64,000 nucleotides of DNA from an uncultured virus (IMG/VR IMGVR_UViG_3300036770_002019) (taxonomy: Duplodnaviria > Heunggongvirae > Uroviricota > Caudoviricetes > Crassvirales), in the IMG/VR virus record IMGVR_UViG_3300036770_002019, positions 1 through 64,000 of that record; one strand, given 5' to 3'. Shown piece after piece: positions 1 to 7,542 of this stretch. The first letter of the stretch is position 1, and each line of letters starts with the position of its first letter. The notes beneath the pieces are model-generated. The model was given only the letters and a program-made list of their open reading frames with translations. It did no database searches and had not been told where the DNA came from. The position numbers and the translations under genes were made by a program.

Positions 1-68
1 TGATGTTCAAACTTATGGTTAACTAGACTAGATAACCAATCTAGTATTTTTGATTTTAGTTTATCCAT
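1..68 (-). CDS. Hypothetical protein, N-terminal part (runs off the window)
   Basis: ATG at 68 on the minus strand, frame open to the edge (MDKLKSKILDWLSSLVNHKFEH), A-rich leader. Confidence 0.5.
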   Translation of the reverse strand, partial: MDKLKSKILDWLSSLVNHKFEH

Positions 69-90
69 TTTTAGAAGGTTTATAGTTAAT

Positions 91-177
91 AAAAAAGGCA
101 GAGAGCTGTATTACTACAACGAGTTACGGTTGTGTTTTATGTTAAAATGACTAAAAGGTAACTCTACTCTCTGCTTT
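91..177 (-). terminator. Long hairpin ending in a U-tract (terminator or small structured RNA)
   Basis: GCAGAGAG 98-105 pairs with CTCTCTGC 167-174; inner GAGTTAC 121-127 pairs with GTAACTC 158-164; A6 at 91-96 gives a U-tract on the minus strand. Confidence 0.45.
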
Positions 178-255
178 GATTAAAAATTATAATAGAGTTA
201 TGCAACTAGCATCCACCATTGTCTATCCAATAAGGTGTTTTAACTATTTAAACTA

Positions 256-519
256 TTATAATTGCTCTACTTCAAATTTTTTCTTTTTAATCTCAAATTG
301 ACCTGATAAATCAGACAAATGTTGATTAAGTAGTTCACCAACACTACGAAGAGCTTTACACTCTTCTGGATTTTCGATTTTATTTAGAGCCTTCTGTAGC
401 TCCATTGACAAAATCACACAGTCTGCTTCAGACAACTCTAATTCAAGAGTTGTTGAAATACCTACTGATTTACGGTTAGAAGTTGAAAATTGCATAAAAA
501 ATGTATTTGGGTTAAACAA
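256..519 (-). CDS. Hypothetical protein (probable early gene)
   Basis: 87-aa ORF with plausible helical composition; start may be the ATG of MQFSTS. Confidence 0.6.
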   Translation of the reverse strand: MFNPNTFFMQFSTSNRKSVGISTTLELELSEADCVILSMELQKALNKIENPEECKALRSVGELLNQHLSDLSGQFEIKKKKFEVEQL

Positions 520-772
520 TAATTATTCCCTCTGCACTCAGTTGTAATAGTGGTGGGTTTGACACACTTACAGGTACCACGACTTGACCTATTACAACTG
601 CTCACCCTTGGGAAATGAGTTGTGGTGCATTATGTGTCATACATTAAGATGTGTCAGTAATCACGGAGTATGACAAAACCGTGAAAATGGGGTGATAACG
701 GTAAGTGTTCATAATCAATCACTTACGATCGAAATGATTACCGTAATCACCGAACTATAGGAGGAGTCTTTG

Positions 773-809
773 AAAAAAAAGAAAAAGAAGAAAGCCCCGA
801 AGGGCTTTC
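773..809 (-). terminator. Rho-independent terminator
   Basis: Minus strand GAAAGCCC-TTCG-GGGCTTTC followed by a long U-rich tract, directly after the stop at 812. Confidence 0.9.
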
Positions 810-811
810 GA

Positions 812-994
812 TTAGAGCTGTACCTTTAGACCGACCACAAACTGGTCGAACAAAGCTTCGTTCTCTGTGTACACAACTGTACCACTGTGGAACACACCTG
901 CCTCGTCGATGTAATCTGCTGTGAAGCCGATACGACATGCTACTCCGTGGCGATTGACTTGCTTGTCGTGGATTCTTACAATTTCTACTAGCAT
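812..994 (-). CDS. Small 60-aa hypothetical protein, first gene of the leftward unit
   Basis: ATG at 994 after AAATCAAACAGTT (MLVEIVRIHDKQ...GLKVQL); followed by a strong terminator. Confidence 0.7.
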   Translation of the reverse strand: MLVEIVRIHDKQVNRHGVACRIGFTADYIDEAGVFHSGTVVYTENEALFDQFVVGLKVQL

Positions 995-1102
995 AACTGT
1001 TTGATTTAGGGGGGACAATTTTATCCCGATAGTTAGGTGGGGTCTTTGAAGTAGTAGGACAACAAACTCGAAAACTCCTAACAAAAAAAATTTTTTATAT
1101 TT

Positions 1103-1133
1103 TTTGCAAACTACCAGAATAATAGTATATTTG
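1103..1133 (+). promoter_or_regulatory. Bacteroidota primary-sigma promoter
   Basis: TTTG (1103-1106), 19-nt spacer, TATATTTG (1126-1133); matches the -33/-7 consensus. Confidence 0.8.
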
Positions 1134-1164
1134 CATGTCTCACACCCGACTATTAAAGCAGTTT

Positions 1165-1201
1165 AAAATCCCTTAACCAAACGTGGTTGGGGATTTTTTT
1201 T
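1165..1201 (+). terminator. Rho-independent terminator
   Basis: AAAATCCCTTAACCA-AACG-TGGTTGGGGATTTT followed by further Ts. Confidence 0.75.
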
Positions 1202-1211
1202 GTCTAAACAT

Positions 1212-1242
1212 ATTGGCTAATAAATTCTTTTACATATATTTG
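1212..1242 (+). promoter_or_regulatory. Bacteroidota primary-sigma promoter
   Basis: aTTG (1212-1215), 19-nt spacer, TATATTTG (1235-1242). Confidence 0.7.
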
Positions 1243-1249
1243 CAGCACT

Positions 1250-1465
1250 GCCTTACTGAAAGATCACCCTCGATGGCGAAAGTAGATAGAGGGTCAGAAG
1301 TCGGGTTGTAGACTGCGTAGTTGAAATAACACTAAAACATAGCGGTTGAGATGTCCCCGATAGCAGTAAAAAAAGCATCAATATAAACTCAGGGTGGGAT
1401 CAGACTATAGGCTGAAAGAAATGTCCCCACGTAGGCTAAAAACGGCTGAGCGAAATTTGATGTTA
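1250..1465 (+). ncRNA. Candidate structured non-coding RNA or long 5' leader (family unknown)
   Basis: No ORF of 60 aa or more; lies just downstream of a promoter; many nested complementary segments; duplicated ATGTCCCC motif. Confidence 0.5.
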
Positions 1466-1511
1466 ATCAGAACTCAAGGGGGTTATTGTGTCTTGTAACA
1501 AGCAAAGAAGA

Positions 1512-3005
1512 ATGAGTTTATTTATTTTCAGTAAAGCTAAAATCACTTCTAAATCTGTAGACGTAGGAGAAACAGACATAGACTTATACGCCCCACTAAT
1601 ATCTAACCTCACAAACATTACAAGTACTCTAGGGGTAGTAACATTACACTTCAAAGATAGTGGTCCATACTCTAACTTTACTGGGGGAACATCAAACATT
1701 AGAGGATACGAGTACGCTCAAGTAAATCTAGAAGTTAATAACGGTAACGAGCAAGAAGTCATAAAAGACATAGCTCAAGCTCTCCTATCTAAAAAAACAA
1801 TTATCCTAGATTTTGTAACTAGGAACATATCCATAAACAACATCAAATCTATCCTATCCATAAAAAGATTTGATACCCCAACAATACTAACTACAGACCC
1901 ATCTTCAGGAGGAGGACTACCAGTAGGTGGGGACTTAGATCAAGTACTAACCAAACTATCTTCAACAGATGGGGATGTAGATTGGGTATACCCACACACA
2001 CTATTCATAACAGTTAGAAATACTTCTGGGGGAACACTACAAAAAGGAACCCCAGTTCACGCTACAGGAGTTACAGGTACAGTCCCTGACGTAATAGCTG
2101 CAGACGCATCTATCCCTTCAGCTATGCCTGCAACTTACGTTCTAAACGAATCAATAGCTGACAACGCTCAGGGAGTAGCAATAATAGTTGGGACAATTAC
2201 TGGGGTAGATACTTCAACATTCTCAGCTGGGGATGTTGTCTATGTAGCTTCAGGTGGGGGATTCACTAACGTAAAACCTACAGGGACAAACCTAATTCAA
2301 AACCTTGGGGTAGTAACACGATCAAACGTAACTACAGGCTCAGGGGTTGTTTACGGATCAGGAAGATCTAACGATGTCCCTAACCTCCCAACAGGGAAGT
2401 TCTTTATAGGATCAGCTACTAACACAATAGAATCAGCCTACACCCTCCCAACTGCAGATGGGGCAAGCAATCAAATACTAACAACAGATGGGGCAGGTGC
2501 TGTAACCTTTCAAAATCCTAACCCATTAGTTGTATATTCTGACGCTAACCAAATTGATCATACTGGGAGCACATCTAACACATTGATGACTTCTTTCTTA
2601 CTCCCAGGTAACTCACTAGACGTTGGGGATTTATTTTACTTAGTTTCAAGAACTAATCGCCCAACATCTCAGTCAACAAACGCTAACATCCGATATTACG
2701 TAAATACCTCAAACTCTTTATCTGGGGCTACCCTAATAGGTACTGGACCTCAAATGTCAAACACTGCTAGATATTCAGCTTTTGAAAGAACTTACGCCAT
2801 TCTTAATCAAACTACAGATACGAATGCATTCGGGTCAACATCTCTTATCTTAACAGATATAAGTACAACCACTATTGCATTCTCAACACTTGCTGTAGAC
2901 TGGAGTACTGATCAATACGTAATAATAGCTGGGCAGCTTGCTAACATTGCAGACACAATTTCAGTAATATACTTCTTTGCAGAAATAACTAAACAAAAAG
3001 TATAA
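1512..3005 (+). CDS. Virion fibre or decoration-like structural protein
   Basis: Thr/Gly/Ser-rich; GGGLPVGGDLDQVLTKLSSTDGDVDW and LPTADGASNQILTTDGAG fibre-type linkers; central cement-like beta domain; ATG at 1512 preferred over GTG at 1488. Confidence 0.65.
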   Translation: MSLFIFSKAKITSKSVDVGETDIDLYAPLISNLTNITSTLGVVTLHFKDSGPYSNFTGGTSNIRGYEYAQVNLEVNNGNEQEVIKDIAQALLSKKTIILDFVTRNISINNIKSILSIKRFDTPTILTTDPSSGGGLPVGGDLDQVLTKLSSTDGDVDWVYPHTLFITVRNTSGGTLQKGTPVHATGVTGTVPDVIAADASIPSAMPATYVLNESIADNAQGVAIIVGTITGVDTSTFSAGDVVYVASGGGFTNVKPTGTNLIQNLGVVTRSNVTTGSGVVYGSGRSNDVPNLPTGKFFIGSATNTIESAYTLPTADGASNQILTTDGAGAVTFQNPNPLVVYSDANQIDHTGSTSNTLMTSFLLPGNSLDVGDLFYLVSRTNRPTSQSTNANIRYYVNTSNSLSGATLIGTGPQMSNTARYSAFERTYAILNQTTDTNAFGSTSLILTDISTTTIAFSTLAVDWSTDQYVIIAGQLANIADTISVIYFFAEITKQKV

Positions 3006-3214
3006 TGACCATCCCTCAGCAACTAATCTACAGTAACAATCAAGTTACTTGGAATGACAGAACTAGAACGATAGATCAGATAGATGAATTCAATGACGAA
3101 TCTATTCACTTAACTCTTGAAGGAACTACATACTTTTTCTACGTTCAGTATACAACAGTTAACAACATCAAATACAACAACTCAACAGAATTAATAGCAG
3201 CCTTATCACAATGA
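3005..3214 (+). CDS. Hypothetical protein
   Basis: 69-aa ORF coupled to the upstream gene (TAATG overlap). Confidence 0.7.
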   Translation: MTIPQQLIYSNNQVTWNDRTRTIDQIDEFNDESIHLTLEGTTYFFYVQYTTVNNIKYNNSTELIAALSQ

Positions 3215-3339
3215 AAACAATATCAAACATAAAGCAAGACAGAAATGTTAGTAGACCTAACATTCACTCTAAAACAAAAACTAGTTCTAACAAAAACTCT
3301 AAGAACTACAGAAAACCATATAAAGGGCAAGGACGATGA
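3211..3339 (+). CDS. Small basic protein, 42 aa (not in the ORF track)
   Basis: MKTISNIKQDRNVSRPNIHSKTKTSSNKNSKNYRKPYKGQGR; ATGA overlaps with the genes on both sides. Confidence 0.7.
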   Translation: MKTISNIKQDRNVSRPNIHSKTKTSSNKNSKNYRKPYKGQGR

Positions 3340-3695
3340 ACCTAAAACATTTCAAACTCTCAGAATTCGACTCCCCAGACCTACCAGGTTCAGGGGAAAG
3401 AATGGATGAAGACTTTCTTAAACTACTAGACAAAGCTAGATCAATAGCTAACACCCCATTCAAAATTAACTCTGGGTATAGAACACCATCTCACAACAGT
3501 AAAGTTGGGGGAAAATCTAGTTCTTCTCACTTAAAAGGAATGGCTGCTGACATTCATTGCAATGATGATGCATCCAGATCTTTAATCGTACAAGCTCTAA
3601 TAGAAGTTGGGTTTACTAGAATCGGGATAGCTAAAACCTTTATTCACGTAGACAATGATAAAGCTAAAAATTCTAATCGTATTTGGGTTTATTAG
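3336..3695 (+). CDS. Peptidase M15 family (M15_3-type) zinc peptidase, probable endolysin
   Basis: SGYRT..HN..VGG...SSHLKGMAADI and FIHVD motifs. Confidence 0.9.
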   Translation: MNLKHFKLSEFDSPDLPGSGERMDEDFLKLLDKARSIANTPFKINSGYRTPSHNSKVGGKSSSSHLKGMAADIHCNDDASRSLIVQALIEVGFTRIGIAKTFIHVDNDKAKNSNRIWVY

Positions 3696-4440
3696 TTTAT
3701 CGTTATTCTCTCAATGTGAATACACACATATAACTTCTCTCCCATTCTCAGAAACATTCTGCCACGAGTATAATGACTGTAACTTTGTCGCAAATATTTA
3801 CACAATTAACGACAACGACTACGGCTGTTGGAGTTGTATTAACAACCCTCATTACTACGTAATAACCCCAGAGGTAGATATGTACGTAGTTCTAGATATT
3901 GTACCTAACCTATTCAGTCATTTTTCATCAAATACTGAACCACAAGTCCCAGGTTTTATACTGTTTAATGGCTGCCCAAATAACGGGGGAGAAACATTGT
4001 TTAGACCGTGGAGCTATTCAAACGGGGCTTGTTGGAATTGGGGTGTTTTAGACATTTACTGCGGATGGAGTCAATCAACAAATGCCCCTAATCTTAATCA
4101 AGGGTGTGTAACTTCTACCCCAAGTTATACAGGAATGGCTCATGAAGTAACTATGGGTTTTAATTTACTAGCTAACAACGAGTACTGGTTCTGCGTCTAC
4201 CCTCAAGGCGGTTGCCCACCGTTTACCTCAACATGTAACTGGGGATGCATAGACGTAAGCTTTTCAGGATTAACATTTCTTGAACTAAACAACTACCCCC
4301 CAAGTAACCCCCAAGTACCTACTCAAGATACTAGTACACAGCCTCGTTTTGTAAAGCTACATATACCGAACATAGGAATAATTATCAGAGACACTCAAAC
4401 TGGGAAAACCTACAACACACTAATGCAAGAAGTTAATTAG
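3655..4440 (+). CDS. Secreted Cys-rich protein with a signal peptide
   Basis: N-terminal MIKLKILIVFGFISLSLFSQC; many Cys and Trp residues; Pro/Thr linker before a short C-terminal tail. Confidence 0.7.
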   Translation: MIKLKILIVFGFISLSLFSQCEYTHITSLPFSETFCHEYNDCNFVANIYTINDNDYGCWSCINNPHYYVITPEVDMYVVLDIVPNLFSHFSSNTEPQVPGFILFNGCPNNGGETLFRPWSYSNGACWNWGVLDIYCGWSQSTNAPNLNQGCVTSTPSYTGMAHEVTMGFNLLANNEYWFCVYPQGGCPPFTSTCNWGCIDVSFSGLTFLELNNYPPSNPQVPTQDTSTQPRFVKLHIPNIGIIIRDTQTGKTYNTLMQEVN

Positions 4441-4606
4441 TATTCAAAGATATATTCGATATTAGGTATAATGCTCAATATACTTCTAAACAGGTATATT
4501 GCCCCTATAAATATTGAATTGCGCTCATTAATTTAAAAGTATAACCTTAAATGATAACATTACTTTTAAGGGTATATACCTTAATTCGCGAATCACGAAT
4601 TTTCTT

Positions 4607-4640
4607 TATATACTTGTCTCAAATATTTGTTAAATTTGCA
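4607..4640 (+). promoter_or_regulatory. Repeated 34-bp promoter/operator element, copy 1
   Basis: TATATACTTGTCTCAAATATTTGTTAAATTTGCA; contains a TAAATTTG -7 box and the CAAATATTTG palindrome. Confidence 0.6.
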
Positions 4641-4658
4641 ACAGAAATACAAATCACT

Positions 4659-4907
4659 ATGAAAGGACTTTTTACCCCAAAACAGTTGGCTTTGTTAGCT
4701 GTCATCTTCTTCAAAGAGGATGAAACATTTATGCCTGTATATGAACAAGTAGCTATCAATGCACGTAAGTTCATTGATCTTGGTGATCCGTGGACAGATG
4801 AATCACTACTTGTTTTCATCCAGAAATCTATGGAGAGCCAGTTAGAGGGAAAACTCAAAGACGTAGCTACACTTAAGTACTATCTATCTAAGATCGCTGT
4901 ACTTTAA
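4659..4907 (+). CDS. Hypothetical protein (82 aa)
   Basis: Start moved to ATG 4659 (MKGLFTPKQ), downstream of the promoter element; own terminator follows. Confidence 0.7.
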   Translation: MKGLFTPKQLALLAVIFFKEDETFMPVYEQVAINARKFIDLGDPWTDESLLVFIQKSMESQLEGKLKDVATLKYYLSKIAVL

Positions 4908-4925
4908 TCTACCAACAAACTAAAG

Positions 4926-4955
4926 AATCCTCAGCAGTAGCTGGGGATTTTTTTT
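4926..4955 (+). terminator. Rho-independent terminator
   Basis: AATCCTCAGC-AGTA-GCTGGGGATT followed by a T-run. Confidence 0.85.
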
Positions 4956-4968
4956 ACATAACAATCTC

Positions 4969-5002
4969 TATATACTTATCTCAAATATTTGCTAAATTTA
5001 CA
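4969..5002 (+). promoter_or_regulatory. Repeated 34-bp promoter/operator element, copy 2
   Basis: TATATACTTATCTCAAATATTTGCTAAATTTACA; 31/34 identical to 4607-4640. Confidence 0.55.
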
Positions 5003-5009
5003 GCAACCA

Positions 5010-5714
5010 ATGACTAATAAAAAAGTACTCATATTTATACCTGTGTGGGGTAGATTCCCAGAAACTAAACTCACATATCAAGGAGTGCATAGAATTCAAA
5101 AAATTCTAAAAGAAGAAAACATTGATTCTCAAGTACTTGTAGTATCCTCAGAAAAAGAACACACAGAATTAGCACTTGAGCATAAATTCTTAGTAACTGA
5201 GTGTGATAACTTCCCAATATCAGATAAACATAACTGTGGACTGGACTATGCCATGTCTTTACAGTGGGACTATCTCCTACAAATGGGGAGTAACAATCTA
5301 CTCTCAAACATATACATCAGATTCGTAGCTGCAGCAATACGAGAAAATTACAAAATGTTTGGGGGGAGATTATTCTACAACATACTCCCATGCAAAACTC
5401 AAATGACTCATTTTAAAACTAGAGCCCCATACAAACTATCAGGAGTTGGGAGAGGAATAAGAAGAGACATTATAGAAGACAGATTAAAAATAGGTCCAGT
5501 ATGGGATCAGAATCTAAACAAAGGATTAGATAAAAGTTCTAGAGAAAACTTAACTACTCCAGAAGATATAGTTGCAATTACAACAACCTCACCTCCCTCA
5601 ATCGTAGATATACGCACAAATGAAGATATTAACGATATGAGCTCTAATCCTAGACCAGTAGACAAAGAATTGTTTGTAAAATGGTTCCCAGAACTAAAAG
5701 ATTTGTTTACATAA
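5010..5714 (+). CDS. Glycosyltransferase family 2-like (GT-A fold) protein
   Basis: KVLIFIPVWGR, VLVVSSE, ISDKHNCGL, WDYLLQMGSNNLLS pattern; ATG at 5010. Confidence 0.6.
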   Translation: MTNKKVLIFIPVWGRFPETKLTYQGVHRIQKILKEENIDSQVLVVSSEKEHTELALEHKFLVTECDNFPISDKHNCGLDYAMSLQWDYLLQMGSNNLLSNIYIRFVAAAIRENYKMFGGRLFYNILPCKTQMTHFKTRAPYKLSGVGRGIRRDIIEDRLKIGPVWDQNLNKGLDKSSRENLTTPEDIVAITTTSPPSIVDIRTNEDINDMSSNPRPVDKELFVKWFPELKDLFT

Positions 5715-5734
5715 CAACCTTTTTTATATCTTTG
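5702..5734 (+). promoter_or_regulatory. Bacteroidota primary-sigma promoter
   Basis: TTTG (5702-5705), 21-nt spacer, TATCTTTG (5727-5734), upstream of groES. Confidence 0.7.
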
Positions 5735-5753
5735 TCCCAAATCATACATAAAT

Positions 5754-6038
5754 ATGGGACAAAATACAACAATCAATTTCAACCCAACAAGAGATTGGGT
5801 TGTTCTTCCGTTAATTAAGAAAAATCAAACTGAATCTGGTTTGTACTTAACTAACGATAAGCTCTTAAAAACCAACATCTTAAAAGTAGTAGCTGTAGGA
5901 CCTGACTGCAAAGTTAAAGTTGGGGATACAGTACTAATTCACCCAAACTCTGAAGGATTAATTATTGATCTTGAAGAAGGGCAATTTGTAATGGTTAATG
6001 AATTCATGATCTGCGGAACAATCACTACAACATCATGA
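5754..6038 (+). CDS. groES: Co-chaperonin GroES (Cpn10)-like protein
   Basis: PTRDWVVL, TESGLYL, VVAVGPD, VKVGDTVL motifs. Confidence 0.85.
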   Translation: MGQNTTINFNPTRDWVVLPLIKKNQTESGLYLTNDKLLKTNILKVVAVGPDCKVKVGDTVLIHPNSEGLIIDLEEGQFVMVNEFMICGTITTTS

Positions 6039-6277
6039 ACGGAACGGTTACTATATCCTTAGAAGACTTTAAAAAGCTTGAAGAAAGCTCTAAAGTTTCG
6101 CTAGATTTAAAAAACAAAACAATCTTAGCCGCTAAGGAACTTGAAGTATTCCTATCTTTTCTTTGTACCCGCGAATCTATAACACATTACATAGATGAGT
6201 TTAATAAACAAGCCAGCAAAAGTAAAATTATCCTAGATAATGGGAGAGCAAAAATCAAATTCAATGAAGAAGCTTAA
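6035..6277 (+). CDS. Hypothetical protein
   Basis: 80-aa ORF, ATGA coupling with groES. Confidence 0.75.
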   Translation: MNGTVTISLEDFKKLEESSKVSLDLKNKTILAAKELEVFLSFLCTRESITHYIDEFNKQASKSKIILDNGRAKIKFNEEA

Positions 6278-6578
6278 GATTAATGCAGATACTACACTCA
6301 AGTATCTTCAAGTATTTAACGGGATACTAGAATTAACCTTTAAAGAACTCGAAGTACTGTCATTACTCATTGATAACAGTGAGACTGTAGACCTTTGCTC
6401 CCCATTGAACAAAAAAATTGTAGCTGAGAAGCTGCACATTAAAGATCACAATACGTTAAACAACTACGTAAAGAGATTAAAAGACAAAGGGGCAATAGTT
6501 AAAACTAAAGATGGGTATGAGGTTAATAACTTACTCAAACCCGAAGCTAAAGTAATAATCGAAATCACAAAATTATGA
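6264..6578 (+). CDS. Winged helix-turn-helix DNA-binding protein
   Basis: LTFKELEVL...KKIVAEKLHIKDHNTLNNYVKRLKDKGAI; start probably MKKLKIN (track start 6240). Confidence 0.65.
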   Translation: MKKLKINADTTLKYLQVFNGILELTFKELEVLSLLIDNSETVDLCSPLNKKIVAEKLHIKDHNTLNNYVKRLKDKGAIVKTKDGYEVNNLLKPEAKVIIEITKL

Positions 6579-6856
6579 GCAACAAACCTTCATTCTTTCA
6601 GATGGTTAAAAACTTTGCTTCAGAACTAACTGAGCATATTAAAAATGGGGCAGCTATTGTAACAACTCCTCAATACGAAGGACGTCTACAAGAATGTGAT
6701 GCATGTCCACACCTACTACGAGAGGAAATGAGATGTGGATTGTGTGGATGCTACGTAGAGCACAAAGCTAAATGGGAGTCTGCATCTTGCCCAGATAACA
6801 GATGGGAAAAAACAAAAATAGGTGAGAACGGAAAAAAGCTGAACTTAAATGGATGA
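6575..6856 (+). CDS. Small Cys-rich zinc-binding protein (DUF6171-like)
   Basis: RLQECDACPHL...CGLCGCYVEHK...CPDNRW. Confidence 0.7.
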   Translation: MSNKPSFFQMVKNFASELTEHIKNGAAIVTTPQYEGRLQECDACPHLLREEMRCGLCGCYVEHKAKWESASCPDNRWEKTKIGENGKKLNLNG

Positions 6857-7076
6857 AAAAGTAATACTGCAAAAACTATCTATGAAACACGATCTACCTA
6901 TTAATAAAATAGAAGAGATTGTATTTTATCAGTTTAAATATGCTGCGGAAATAATAAGACAGGGGAAGTTTGAATCAATTCGTATCCCATATTTTGGGAA
7001 ATTTACTGCACACCCAACACGAATTAAATATCTTTTAGACTATCATGAAAGAACTGCTAACAATAACAGAGAGTAA
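6849..7076 (+). CDS. HU/IHF-like DNA-binding protein
   Basis: Two helices followed by SIRIPYFGKF; position just upstream of the terminase is typical of crAss-like phages. Confidence 0.65.
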   Translation: MDEKVILQKLSMKHDLPINKIEEIVFYQFKYAAEIIRQGKFESIRIPYFGKFTAHPTRIKYLLDYHERTANNNRE

Positions 7077-7542
7077 AGTTATACCATCTGCGTATGCACT
7101 CTCTATTAAAGAATTTCAAACCTTAAAACCAAGTGAATTAGCGTTTGTGTACTTCTTTACAGATCACACATCCCCATATGCTGCATATGAAGACTCAGAA
7201 AGATTAATTAAGCTTGAAGAAGAGCTAAATGTTAAACCTAATCCTAAAATTTTAGGGGCAATATCTAAATACAAAGAGCTTTCTGAAACATCTGCAGTCA
7301 AATTACTAAAAGCAGCTCGTGCATCTGTAACTAAACTAGAGAGATACTTTAAAAACGTAGACTTAGAACTAGTAGATGATAACGGAAAACCAATTTACCA
7401 CGCAAAAGACCTTATAACTAACCTAGCAAACATGGGTAAAGTAGTAGCAGGCCTTGATGAACTTGAAGAACTTGTGCAAAAACAGCAACAAAAGGACAAC
7501 CCTAACCGTGGTGGGGTAGTAACCAACAAATATTCGCAATGA
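7045..7542 (+). CDS. Conserved phage protein upstream of terL (possible terminase small subunit)
   Basis: 165-aa helical protein coupled to terL; function inferred from position only. Confidence 0.5.
   Translation: MKELLTITESKVIPSAYALSIKEFQTLKPSELAFVYFFTDHTSPYAAYEDSERLIKLEEELNVKPNPKILGAISKYKELSETSAVKLLKAARASVTKLERYFKNVDLELVDDNGKPIYHAKDLITNLANMGKVVAGLDELEELVQKQQQKDNPNRGGVVTNKYSQ

Noticed and set aside
4441-4600. AT-rich gap with GGTATA repeats and the near-palindrome TTAAGGGTATATACCTTAA; ORF start at 4551
   Set aside because: The motifs are short and plausible by chance in AT-rich DNA. The 4551 start lies upstream of the promoter element, so 4659 was preferred.
5754-6038. GroES without GroEL as a novelty
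   Set aside because: Stand-alone phage co-chaperonins are well known (for example T4 gp31).
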